NCBI GenBank assembly: GCA_964455535.1
Contig: CAYVWS010000002.1
Location: forward strand, 1 to 44,052
DNA length: 44,052 nt
Reading direction: 5' to 3'
Origin: an uncultured Ignavibacteriales bacterium
Lineage (GTDB): Bacteria; Zixibacteria; MSB-5A5; GN15; FEB-12
The position numbers were made by a program, and so were the translations under genes. The first letter of the stretch is position 1, and every line of letters starts with the position of its first letter. Below the pieces are notes generated by a model. That model was given only the letters and a program-made list of their open reading frames with translations, was not told where the DNA came from and made no database searches. Positions 16,494-24,968 of the stretch are shown here, piece by piece.

Positions 16494-16916
16494 AGTCCCT
16501 CCGTGAAATTAGGTTGTGAGATATCGTGTGAGTTGTGAGTTGTTTCGTGAATGAGAAGATTAGAGAAATCGAGAGCGGAAAACGCAAAGGTGAACAGGAC
16601 GGCAACTTGACCCGGCCGACATCGACGATCGCAACAGTGACTGTCAACGAGGCGATTCATACACAGACGCGCAGCGCCGAAATTATTCGTGACGCCAGTT
16701 TCTTTCAGTTCTGCCGAAGGCCGGCGGTTTTCGATGGTACGTATGGTATTCTCCACACGCCGGTCCACGCGGCGCGGATGAGGGATGAGATTACCAATGT
16801 GTAAGAACTGTTTTCCGACTTGAAACTGGAGTAAATGTAACCATTTAGTCCATATCGTGTCAAGACAATTCTTTAGCCGTAATCACACACAAAAGTAATA
16901 TTTCGAGTTCGGGAAA

Positions 16917-16945
16917 TTGAACTTTGGGTGAAAGTCGGGTATACT
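16917..16945 (+). promoter_or_regulatory. sigma-70-like promoter for the VKOR-DsbA operon
   Basis: TTGAAC (16917..16922) - 17 nt - TATACT (16940..16945), about 27 nt upstream of ATG 16972. The short leader has no obvious SD. Confidence 0.4.
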
Positions 16946-16971
16946 GTACGTAGATTCTTGTCAATACCCAT

Positions 16972-18837
16972 ATGAATCGAAAACCGAGCCGCACATCGCC
17001 AGCCGCCAACCCATCGAGCCGTCTGCTTGCTGCGACGGCGATTGCCTTATTTGTTGCCGCTGCCGCCGCGGCCGTCATGTCGATCTACCATATTTGGTCG
17101 ATTACACTCCCCGGCTGTGGGCAGGGCGGCGGGTGCGAATGGGCGACCACCGGCCCGTACAGCAAAGTGTTAGGTGTGCCGGTTGCATTTTTGGGAGCGG
17201 CGTATTTTGCCGCCGGCTTGTGCCTTTTGGTACTATCTCGGCAAAGCTATCCCGACAAAGTGTGGATCTGGATTGTGCGAGCGGGGGCGGTGGCGTCGCT
17301 TGTCTTTGTGGGCATCATGCTTGCCAACAGTCGCATCTGCCTCTGGTGTGCGACTGTCCACACGGCCAATCTTATTCACTGGGCGGTGGCCGAGCGGCTT
17401 GTCAAAGGCGGTCGTCGGTCGAGGTCGGGTGATAGTAAGAATCTGACTATATCGGCACTTGCCGGGGCCGTCGTTTTGGCGGGTCTGTTCATGGGAAAGA
17501 TGTCACTGGCCGGAAAAGTCGAAGAAGCTAATCGGGCGAAGGGAATCGAATCGATCAACCGAATCGGGGCCGATACTGTCAATCAATCCGTTCCGAGTGC
17601 GCAAACGGGTTCGCCCGAGCCGGCGGTGCAGACTTCGGATGCGGCTGCATCCTCACTTCGATTCGGCGGTCGCTACTGGGAGGGGAACCCGAACGCTCCG
17701 GTTCGGTTGGTTGTTTTCCAGGATTATCAGTGTAAGCTGTGTTTCGAAGTCGAAGGTGTTATCGCTAAGCTGCTGGCGGCGCGAAACGACGTTGCGTTTT
17801 CTGTCAAACAGTGGCCGTTTGATGCGGCGTGCAATCGGTACATGCTCGGATCGAGCATACATCCCGGGGCGTGCGAGGCATCCAAAGTCGCCGAGGCGGC
17901 CGGATTAGTCGGGGGCACAAAAGCGTTTTGGGGGATGCACCATTGGCTGGTTGATCGGGGAGGCCAGTTCACACCGGCCGATTTGAAAAAGGAATTGGAT
18001 GCGCTTGGGGTCGATGTCGATGAGTTCGGGGTCACGTTTAACGGCACTGAACTCGACAGCTTAATTCAGCTCGATATCGAAGAGGGAATGGCGTTCGGCA
18101 TTACCTATACACCGATGATCTTTGTTAACGGCTATCAGGTTGAGGGGTGGCAGTCGGCGGGAGTGCTTCCGGCGGCCATCGATCGGGCGGCGCAGATAGC
18201 AAAGAAATTTCCGAGAATGAATGACCGCCCCGATCTGGCGCTCGATATGCAGTATCGCAACTGGCAGAGCGCGCCGACCGTCGATCTGAAACTGCGGCCT
18301 GATGAGCTAGTGCGGGGCAAGGCCGATGCGCCGACCACAGTTCTTGTGTATGGCGATCTGACCTGCGTGTATCATGCCGCTGCCCGCAAAACACTGAATC
18401 AAACGCTGGGTGTATTCAAAGATGTGCGATTCGTGTTCCGTGATTTTCCACTGGATAAGAACTGCAATCCGCTGGTTAAGCAGGATATTAACCCGCGTGC
18501 CTGCGAAGTGGCGCGCTGGACCCATGCAGTGCGTCGATTGGGCGGCGATAGTCTGTATTGGCGGGCGCACGACTTTGTCGTCTTGAGTCGTGATCACCTC
18601 GAATCGCTTACCGTTCAAAATCTCAGCGACCTTGTCGGCATCGAAGCCAATCGCATTCTGGAAGTCGCTAATTCTCCTCAGGTGGCGAATGACATACAGG
18701 CCAATCTTGATCTCGCGATTGCTGCCGGTGTGAATCAGTCGCCGACCATATACGTAAATGGCAAGCAGGTAGCCGGCTGGCGCACGCCGGGGCTTCTTTG
18801 GAAAGTTATTCAGGCTGCGACCAAAGGAGGGAGTTGA
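16972..18837 (+). CDS. VKOR (vitamin K epoxide reductase-like) membrane domain fused to two DsbA-like thioredoxin domains
   Basis: 621 aa. VKOR loop cysteines PGCGQGGGCEW and TM active site CLWC. First DsbA-like domain FQDYQCKLCFEVEG (CxxC). Second, YGDLTCVYHAARK, has CxxH instead of CxxC. Both end with the ...TP(T/M)I(F/Y)VNG... motif of DsbA-type domains. Confidence 0.8.
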   Translation: MNRKPSRTSPAANPSSRLLAATAIALFVAAAAAAVMSIYHIWSITLPGCGQGGGCEWATTGPYSKVLGVPVAFLGAAYFAAGLCLLVLSRQSYPDKVWIWIVRAGAVASLVFVGIMLANSRICLWCATVHTANLIHWAVAERLVKGGRRSRSGDSKNLTISALAGAVVLAGLFMGKMSLAGKVEEANRAKGIESINRIGADTVNQSVPSAQTGSPEPAVQTSDAAASSLRFGGRYWEGNPNAPVRLVVFQDYQCKLCFEVEGVIAKLLAARNDVAFSVKQWPFDAACNRYMLGSSIHPGACEASKVAEAAGLVGGTKAFWGMHHWLVDRGGQFTPADLKKELDALGVDVDEFGVTFNGTELDSLIQLDIEEGMAFGITYTPMIFVNGYQVEGWQSAGVLPAAIDRAAQIAKKFPRMNDRPDLALDMQYRNWQSAPTVDLKLRPDELVRGKADAPTTVLVYGDLTCVYHAAARKTLNQTLGVFKDVRFVFRDFPLDKNCNPLVKQDINPRACEVARWTHAVRRLGGDSLYWRAHDFVVLSRDHLESLTVQNLSDLVGIEANRILEVANSPQVANDIQANLDLAIAAGVNQSPTIYVNGKQVAGWRTPGLLWKVIQAATKGGS

Positions 18838-20345
18838 TGCGACGGGCGGTCGCGCTGCTCGCTTTGGTTTCCCTATGTTGTGCGGCTCATTCCGAGGCCG
18901 CTGTTCAGTTTGTCTGGTCGGGGGCCGTTACGCCGACCTCGGCTCGTGTCAACGGCAAGGTAAGCGTCGATAGTGCGCTTGTGCGGCTGGCATACACTGA
19001 CCAATCAGATTTCTCCGCGCTTTCATTTTCGACAATTGACACCGCGATTACGGCGAAGAATAACCGGGTCGTGTCGCTTTCGGTCACCGGCTTAACGCCG
19101 AACATTCAATACTACTATGCGCTTGAAGTAGACGGGGTAGTGGATTTGAGCGTGACCGGCAGGTTCAGGACATTTCCGTCGGGGGTCGCATCATTTTCGT
19201 TTGCGCTTGGTTCGTGCGCCTGGACCGGATCCAATGCAACCACATTTCAGACTATCCGGCAGTTGGATCCGCTCTTTTTCTTCCATCTGGGCGATTTCGA
19301 CTACGAAAATATTGCGGTGAACGACCGCAATGTGTACCGCCAGACTTTCGAGACCGTACTGGCGTCACCGGCTCAATCGCAGCTATACAGAAATGTACCG
19401 ATTGCGTACATGTGGGACGATCACGACTATGGGCCCAATAATTCCGACTCGCTGGCGCCCGGACGATTAGCCGCGCGATTGACGTATCAAGAATACGTTC
19501 CGCATTATCCGCTTGAGGCGGGGAGCGGCGATGTGGCAATTTATCAACGGTTCGATGTCGGCCGGGTCAGATTCTTGGTTTGTGATTCCCGTTCAGCGCG
19601 GTCCCCGTGGACAGCCGCCGACAACGCGCAGAAGACCATGCTGGGCGAGTCGCAGAAGGCGTGGTTCAAAGACCAACTCATTCGGGCGCGCGATAGCGCA
19701 GCGTTGATCGTGTGGGTTAATACACTGCCGTGGATCGGGACAACCGGAGATGACGGTTGGTATTTGTACACCAACGAACGGCGCGAACTCGCCGATTTCA
19801 TCCGTGACAATCAGATTTACAACCTTTGCCAGATATCGGGTGACGCCCACATGGTGGCGATCGACGACGGCACCTATTCCGACTATGCGGTCGGCGGTGG
19901 CGCCTGCTTTCCGGTCTTTCATGCCGCGCCGCTTGACCGGACACCGTCGCCCAAAGGGGGACCGTACAGCCACGGCATGTTTCCCGGGACCAACCAATTC
20001 GGACTGTTCACGGTCGTCGACTCGGGAGTTGGAGTGCCGATGAAAGTGATCTGGAGCGGCCGACTGGAGAACAATCAGGAATTGGTGCACTACGAATTTT
20101 TTCCCGGCGAATGTCACTCGTGCTGCGATGTGTTGACCGGAAATGTCGACTGTGACAGTGAAGGCGGAGTGGATATTTCCGATATCTCGGCGCTCATTGA
20201 CTATCTCTATATTTCATACCGACCGCTGTGCTGTAGTCATGCGGCTGACACCGACGCTGACTTCAAGCGTGATCTGTCCGATCTGACTCGACTTATCGAC
20301 CGGCTCTACATATCTTTTGAGCCATTGGCGCAGTGCGGCCAGTAA
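18837..20345 (+). CDS. PhoD-like alkaline phosphatase with C-terminal dockerin-like module
   Basis: ORF 18798.. trimmed to ATG 18837 (AGGAGG upstream; TGATG overlap with the VKOR-DsbA stop). Signal peptide MRRAVALLALVSLCCAAHSEA. Metallophosphatase/PhoD blocks FFHLGDFDYEN, MWDDHDYGPNN, ISGDAHMVAIDD. Confidence 0.85.
   Translation: MRRAVALLALVSLCCAAHSEAAVQFVWSGAVTPTSARVNGKVSVDSALVRLAYTDQSDFSALSFSTIDTAITAKNNRVVSLSVTGLTPNIQYYYALEVDGVVDLSVTGRFRTFPSGVASFSFALGSCAWTGSNATTFQTIRQLDPLFFFHLGDFDYENIAVNDRNVYRQTFETVLASPAQSQLYRNVPIAYMWDDHDYGPNNSDSLAPGRLAARLTYQEYVPHYPLEAGSGDVAIYQRFDVGRVRFLVCDSRSARSPWTAADNAQKTMLGESQKAWFKDQLIRARDSAALIVWVNTLPWIGTTGDDGWYLYTNERRELADFIRDNQIYNLCQISGDAHMVAIDDGTYSDYAVGGGACFPVFHAAPLDRTPSPKGGPYSHGMFPGTNQFGLFTVVDSGVGVPMKVIWSGRLENNQELVHYEFFPGECHSCCDVLTGNVDCDSEGGVDISDISALIDYLYISYRPLCCSHAADTDADFKRDLSDLTRLIDRLYISFEPLAQCGQ
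20118..20342 (+). other. C-terminal Cys-clamped double EF-hand (dockerin-like) module, copy 3
   Basis: SCCDVLTGNVDCDSEGGVDISDISALIDYLYISYRPLCCSHAADTDADFKRDLSDLTRLIDRLYISFEPLAQCGQ, the last 75 aa of the PhoD-like protein. Confidence 0.7.
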
Positions 20346-21957
20346 GTTGAAAAGATCGGATAGTTGCGAAGTGACATCGACGGCCATTACAGATAAGCCC
20401 GTGTTTCACGAGGGCGAAAAGAACGCCTTGCAAAAGGTGCGCGGCTGGATTGAACGCCATCCGCTTGCAACCGTTCTCATCGCGGCTTCGATTTTTCGAC
20501 TGATCGCTGTCATCTGGTCAAAGGGGTTTGTGCACTCGGATGATCACTACGATACAATCGCCATCGCCTATGACTGGATAAAGACCGGACTGTATGGCCC
20601 CGACGGATTTGTACATTGGCAAGAACAGCCGAGAATTGCCTCGACGCGCTTTCCGCTGTATCCGTTCATGCTCTTTGGAGTGATGAAGTCGTTTCAACTG
20701 TTCGGGGTGCAGAGCTTGGACACGATGATGTACGGCATTCGGCTGGTGCACGCCGCGATTTCCCTGATTCCCGTAGTTGTCACCTACTCGATTGTGCGAC
20801 GATTTACCGGCAGCGAGCGATGGGGGATGGCGGGCGGGTTGTTTGCAGGGCTCCACTTCGCCATGCCGTTTCTCGGTGTCCATAATCTGATTGAATCGGT
20901 CGGCGGTAATATCTGGATGGCGGCGCTGTACGGATTCTATCGCTATCGCGAGTCGCGTAATGTCAGTTGGCTCTGGATGGCAGGGCTGGCGACCGGGATC
21001 GCGTGGATGATCCGCTTTCAGATCGCCTTCGCGGTTTTGCCGATTCCATTCATCCTTTGGTACGAAGATCGAAAGATGAGGGGCGCAATACACTATAGCT
21101 TCGCGGTCGGAGCAATGATACTCTCAGCGTGGGTAACTGATCTGATTTTCAAAGAGGAGTTTGCCGGGACGACGCTGACCTATCTGCGCTCCAGCGTCGA
21201 TCTCAATCCGCTGTATTCGACGATTCCAGCGATGTATCTCATCATACTCATAGTCGCATTCATTCCCCCGATATCACTGATGCTGTTTTGGGAATCATTG
21301 CGACCGTCGTTCGTGCGGCAGCATCGTATCCTCGTCTTCAGTTTTCTGTCGTTTCTCGTCGGGCACTGGCTGCTGGCTAATCAGCAAGAGCGGTTTATTT
21401 TCCCGATGCTCCCCGTCTGCATTTTGATGTTCGTGCTGGCGTTGTGGCATCGACGTCAGACCAAAGGATACACTGTTGGAAAGGCGAGCTGGTTACGCGG
21501 TGCGGTTGGCGCGGCGATCGGCGTGAATGCCATACTGTTAGTGTTTTTCAGCGTTGGCTACGCTCACAAGGGGCTTATTGAGCCGGTCATCGATATCGAC
21601 CGCGCGTCGCCGGGCAGTCGCGTGCTGTATCTGCAGCCGTCAATGCGGCCGTGGATTGCCAAAGAATACGCGGCGAGTGAACTTAGGGCCGAGTATGTTA
21701 AGAATTGGCGTGAGTTCGCCGGATTGCGATTATTCGGGCAAACGGAGAATGCATTTGATTACTTTGTGGTGTATCCGACGCGAGAAGTGCCGTTGTCTGA
21801 ATGTCTGGATTCGCTGACCGGCACGTTTGGCGAAGTGACATTGTGGCGGGAATATACTGCCTCGTGGTATGACCAGGCGCTGCACCTATTGAACCCGCGC
21901 CATAACGACAATTTCGCCGCGTATGTGTATCGCCGACCGATGTCGGCTTCTCAGTGA
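20317..21957 (+). CDS. GT-C fold membrane glycosyltransferase (Alg9/PimE/GT22-like)
   Basis: Polytopic membrane protein. First-loop acidic motif FVHSDDHYD resembles the HxDE motif of GT22 mannosyltransferases. Start uncertain: TTG 20317 (overlaps PhoD), TTG 20347, GTG 20371 or GTG 20434, none with a good SD. Confidence 0.6.
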   Translation: MSHWRSAASKLKRSDSCEVTSTAITDKPVFHEGEKNALQKVRGWIERHPLATVLIAASIFRLIAVIWSKGFVHSDDHYDTIAIAYDWIKTGLYGPDGFVHWQEQPRIASTRFPLYPFMLFGVMKSFQLFGVQSLDTMMYGIRLVHAAISLIPVVVTYSIVRRFTGSERWGMAGGLFAGLHFAMPFLGVHNLIESVGGNIWMAALYGFYRYRESRNVSWLWMAGLATGIAWMIRFQIAFAVLPIPFILWYEDRKMRGAIHYSFAVGAMILSAWVTDLIFKEEFAGTTLTYLRSSVDLNPLYSTIPAMYLIILIVAFIPPISLMLFWESLRPSFVRQHRILVFSFLSFLVGHWLLANQQERFIFPMLPVCILMFVLALWHRRQTKGYTVGKASWLRGAVGAAIGVNAILLVFFSVGYAHKGLIEPVIDIDRASPGSRVLYLQPSMRPWIAKEYAASELRAEYVKNWREFAGLRLFGQTENAFDYFVVYPTREVPLSECLDSLTGTFGEVTLWREYTASWYDQALHLLNPRHNDNFAAYVYRRPMSASQ

Positions 21958-21964
21958 TAGACGC

Positions 21965-22300
21965 CTATCTGACTCGTTCCGGGTCGGGGAAGTCGCGGAA
22001 AAATCCGGAGCGGACATCTTTCACAATCGAATAGACACGGGCATGGCGGGTTTCGATCTCGCCTGAGCGCGTGGCGACAATCTTGAACGCCGAATCAAGC
22101 TGGGCCATGTCCTTGGTTGAGATGATGATCTGAAACTCACCGAGTTCTTCGGGGCCGAAACCGAATTTGCGGCGCATCACCTGATACGAAACGATTTTGC
22201 CGTTGTCGCGAAGATACCCGAGATATCCTTCGAGGGCATCACACAGTTCCAGATCCTTGTGACCGTCTTTTAGATTACACCAGACGAAGAGATGATCCAT
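21965..22300 (-). CDS. small conserved hypothetical protein (DUF6614-like)
   Basis: 111 aa. ATG 22300 with AAGGA upstream. MDHLFVWCNLKDGHKDLELCDALEGYLGYLRD...ELGEFQIIISTKDMAQLDSAF...FRDFPDP matches my memory of the DUF6614 pattern. The family call is from recollection only. Confidence 0.55.
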   Translation of the reverse strand: MDHLFVWCNLKDGHKDLELCDALEGYLGYLRDNGKIVSYQVMRRKFGFGPEELGEFQIIISTKDMAQLDSAFKIVATRSGEIETRHARVYSIVKDVRSGFFRDFPDPERVR

Positions 22301-22314
22301 AGTTGTCCTTTGCC

Positions 22315-22659
22315 TTATTTTTCGAAAGCAACCGGGTCTTCCCAGACATTGAAGCAGATGCCGAACGGATCGCGCAGATAGCAGGGCTTGCCGCGGCCAT
22401 CCCAGCGGACTTCGGTGCAGCCGTGGGCGAGCAATTCGATCCGCGCCGTTTCCAGATTATCCACGACTACTTCCATAATGGGTCCGAGCGGCGGGCCCTG
22501 ATCGATGAAGAGGCGAATGGGGGAGGCATCGAGTTCGGTATTTTGATCGGAAACTTCGACGAGCTTGTACCCAAAAACCTGTTGGTAGAACTCGACCGCA
22601 CGTGCCTTGTCGGTCACCTGATAACAGACGCATCGACTTGTCTTGTAACGCGCTCTCAT
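22315..22659 (-). CDS. VOC (glyoxalase/bleomycin-resistance) family protein
   Basis: ORF 22315..22893 trimmed to ATG 22659 (GGGGAGG 8 nt upstream). 114 aa. VCYQVTDKARAVEFYQQVFGYKL...CYLRDPFGICFNVWE is a typical single VOC module. Confidence 0.7.
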   Translation of the reverse strand: MRARYKTSRCVCYQVTDKARAVEFYQQVFGYKLVEVSDQNTELDASPIRLFIDQGPPLGPIMEVVVDNLETARIELLAHGCTEVRWDGRGKPCYLRDPFGICFNVWEDPVAFEK

Positions 22660-22829
22660 ATATGTGGCCTCCCCGGCCTGTGCAAATATTGACAGTATGA
22701 ATCTACGTTGCGCAGATTGGCCGGTCAAGCGAACGGAAAATAAAGTTGACAGAATTTGCGTCCGATGATTGATTGGTGCAGAGACTCCATGCTGCGTGTA
22801 TAAGCGAACAAATTCCAAGGAGGATTGAG

Positions 22830-23495
22830 ATGAAACGAATACTTGTCGGCGCTCTGGTAGTGGCTTTGGCCCTGGCTGGAGTTGGCTGTTCAAAGATGAA
22901 CAAGACTGAAAAGGGCGCGGTCATCGGTGGCGCGGCCGGCGCGGTGATCGGCGGCGTCATCGGCAAACAGGCCGGTAATACTGCCGTCGGCGCGATTTTG
23001 GGCGCGGCTATCGGCGGCGCGGCGGGCGCTTATATCGGCAACTACATGGACAAACAGACCGAAGAGATGAAGCGCGACCTCGACGGCGCCAACATTGAGC
23101 GCGTGGGCGAAGGTATCAAGATTACCTTCAACTCGGGCATTTTGTTTGACGTGAATAAGGCCGAACTTCGGCCCGAAGCTAAAGCCAATCTTGAGAAGCT
23201 GGCGGTGATTCTCAACAAGTATGCAGACACCAAGATTGTGATCGAGGGGCACACCGATTCGGATGGCACCGAAGAGCACAACCTCGAACTGTCCCGCCAG
23301 CGCGCACAGTCGGTCGCGAACTTTGTCAGTTCGCTCCAAGTGGACCCGACTCGCTTCACCATCATGGGCTACGGCGAGTCACAGCCGGTCGGGGACAATA
23401 CCACCGTGGCCGGCAAGCAGGCCAATCGCCGTGTCGAGCTGGCCATCTTTGCCAACGACAAACTCAAAGGCGTCGCCAAACAACAGGCGGGATGA
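22830..23495 (+). CDS. OmpA-family lipoprotein with glycine-zipper region
   Basis: ORF trimmed to ATG 22830 (AAGGAGGA upstream). Lipobox LAGVGC. Gly-zipper GAVIGGAAGAVIGGVIG. OmpA_C motifs FNSGILFDVNKAEL, IEGHTDSDGTEEHNLELSRQRAQSV, NRRVELAI. Confidence 0.9.
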   Translation: MKRILVGALVVALALAGVGCSKMNKTEKGAVIGGAAGAVIGGVIGKQAGNTAVGAILGAAIGGAAGAYIGNYMDKQTEEMKRDLDGANIERVGEGIKITFNSGILFDVNKAELRPEAKANLEKLAVILNKYADTKIVIEGHTDSDGTEEHNLELSRQRAQSVANFVSSLQVDPTRFTIMGYGESQPVGDNTTVAGKQANRRVELAIFANDKLKGVAKQQAG

Positions 23496-23525
23496 GCAGT
23501 ATTTCGTAGACAAAAATGATCGGAT

Positions 23526-23559
23526 AAGCCATCTTCTGTCGCAGGAGATGGCTTTTTTG
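23526..23559 (+). terminator. rho-independent terminator after the OmpA-family gene
   Basis: AAGCCATCT - 11-nt loop - AGATGGCTT followed by TTTTTTGT. Confidence 0.75.
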
Positions 23560-23560
23560 T

Positions 23561-24862
23561 ATGCACGGTTCAACTGATTCGGCATCGATGCACCGGGTGG
23601 TAATTATCGGCGGCGGATTTGGCGGTCTCGACGCCGCCAAGGCGCTTCGTCGCGCGCCGGTGCAAGTCACGCTGATCGACAAACGGAATTTCCATCTATT
23701 CACGCCGATGCTGTACCAGGTGGCGACCGGGGGTCTGTCTCCGGGCGATATCACCTCGCCGCTGCGTCATACACTTTCGCGACAAAAGAATGTCGAAGTC
23801 TTGTTGGGTGAAGTTACCCGAATCGACCGGGCCGCACGCGTTGTCTATTGCCGTGATGAGGCGATTCCCTATGATTCGTTGATTGTTGCGGCCGGAGCGA
23901 CCCATGATTACTTCTCGCACTCCGACTGGCAACAGGTGGCTCCCGGCCTTAAGACGATAGAAGATGCCATCACCATTCGGACGCGAATTTTCAGGGCATT
24001 CGAAAACGCCGAACGCGAAAACGACCCACAGGAACGGCAGCGGTATCTGACTTTTGTCATCATCGGCGGCGGCGCCACCGGTGTCGAACTGGCCGGGGCG
24101 CTTGGTGAGATATCGCACGATACCCTCAAGCACGACTTCCGTCGAATCGATCCACGCTCAGCCCGCATTCATCTGATCGAAGCCGCACCGCGCGTGCTGG
24201 CACATTTTCCCGAGTCGCTGTCGGCCAAAGCGGAGAAGTCGCTGACAAAGCTGGGAGTGACGGTGCTGACCAGTCATCGCGTGACGGAATTGAGCGATCG
24301 TCGAGTAGTCGCCGCTTCCGCCGCCGGTTCGAAAACAATCGACTGCGCGACGGTGATCTGGAGCGCCGGTGTTCGCGGGTATCGGATTGGGGAATGGTTG
24401 GTGGGAGACAACACCGATTTGCTCGACCGGCAGGGGAGAGTGAAAGTCGCGCCGGATTTGTCAGTGCCAGGATATCCGGAGATATTTGTGGTTGGCGACT
24501 TGTCGGTCTATCCGCATCAGACCGGATCGCCATTGCCGGGGACCTGTCCGGTGGCAATGTCTCAGGGCAAGTATGTTGCCGATGTCATCGCGCGACGACT
24601 ACAAAACAAGCCCCCAAGAAAATTTCACTACGTGAACAAAGGTGAGTTAGCGGTGATAGGCCGCGCAGCAGCGGTGGCGGATTTCGGCTGGCTACGAGTC
24701 TCCGGTTTTCTGGCCTGGCTGCTTTGGTTGTTTGTTCACCTTATGTATCTGGTCGAATTTGAAAACCGAGTGCTCGTCTTCGTTCAGTGGGGTTTCAGTT
24801 ACATTACGTTCAATCGCGGGGCGCGGCTCATCACCTTTGAAGATCACGGGGCTTCCAAGTAA
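23561..24862 (+). CDS. ndh: type II NADH:quinone oxidoreductase (NDH-2)
   Basis: HRVVIIGGGFGGLDAAKAL (first Rossmann GxGxxG), FTPMLYQVATG, VIIGGGATGVELAGAL (second Rossmann), VVGD. Start is ATG 23561 or ATG 23588 (MHRVVIIGGG). Confidence 0.85.
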   Translation: MHGSTDSASMHRVVIIGGGFGGLDAAKALRRAPVQVTLIDKRNFHLFTPMLYQVATGGLSPGDITSPLRHTLSRQKNVEVLLGEVTRIDRAARVVYCRDEAIPYDSLIVAAGATHDYFSHSDWQQVAPGLKTIEDAITIRTRIFRAFENAERENDPQERQRYLTFVIIGGGATGVELAGALGEISHDTLKHDFRRIDPRSARIHLIEAAPRVLAHFPESLSAKAEKSLTKLGVTVLTSHRVTELSDRRVVAASAAGSKTIDCATVIWSAGVRGYRIGEWLVGDNTDLLDRQGRVKVAPDLSVPGYPEIFVVGDLSVYPHQTGSPLPGTCPVAMSQGKYVADVIARRLQNKPPRKFHYVNKGELAVIGRAAAVADFGWLRVSGFLAWLLWLFVHLMYLVEFENRVLVFVQWGFSYITFNRGARLITFEDHGASK

Positions 24863-24968
24863 TCGCCGAAGAGGTCACCGGGAGGCTTTTTCGAGGGAAA
24901 GATTTCCCGGAATCCAACCGACCTTTCGAGTGTAGAAAGATCGGAGGACGAAAAAGCCGAATTAGCCC

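Noticed and set aside
16487-16804. ORFs 16487..16768 (minus, 93 aa) and 16535..16804 (plus, 89 aa) in the 478-bp divergent intergenic region
   Set aside because: They overlap each other, and one overlaps the start of the Cys-repeat gene. They have no SD and an unremarkable composition, so they are more likely leader or promoter DNA.
20518-21093. 191-aa minus-strand ORF, and similarly 22303..22692 (plus), 22890..23339 (minus), 28233..28886 (plus), 19593..20117 (minus) and 40838..41425 (minus)
   Set aside because: All are antisense to genes with clear family signatures (GT-C, VOC, OmpA, TPR, PhoD, secreted protein). Their translations are Arg/Gly/His-rich with no motifs.
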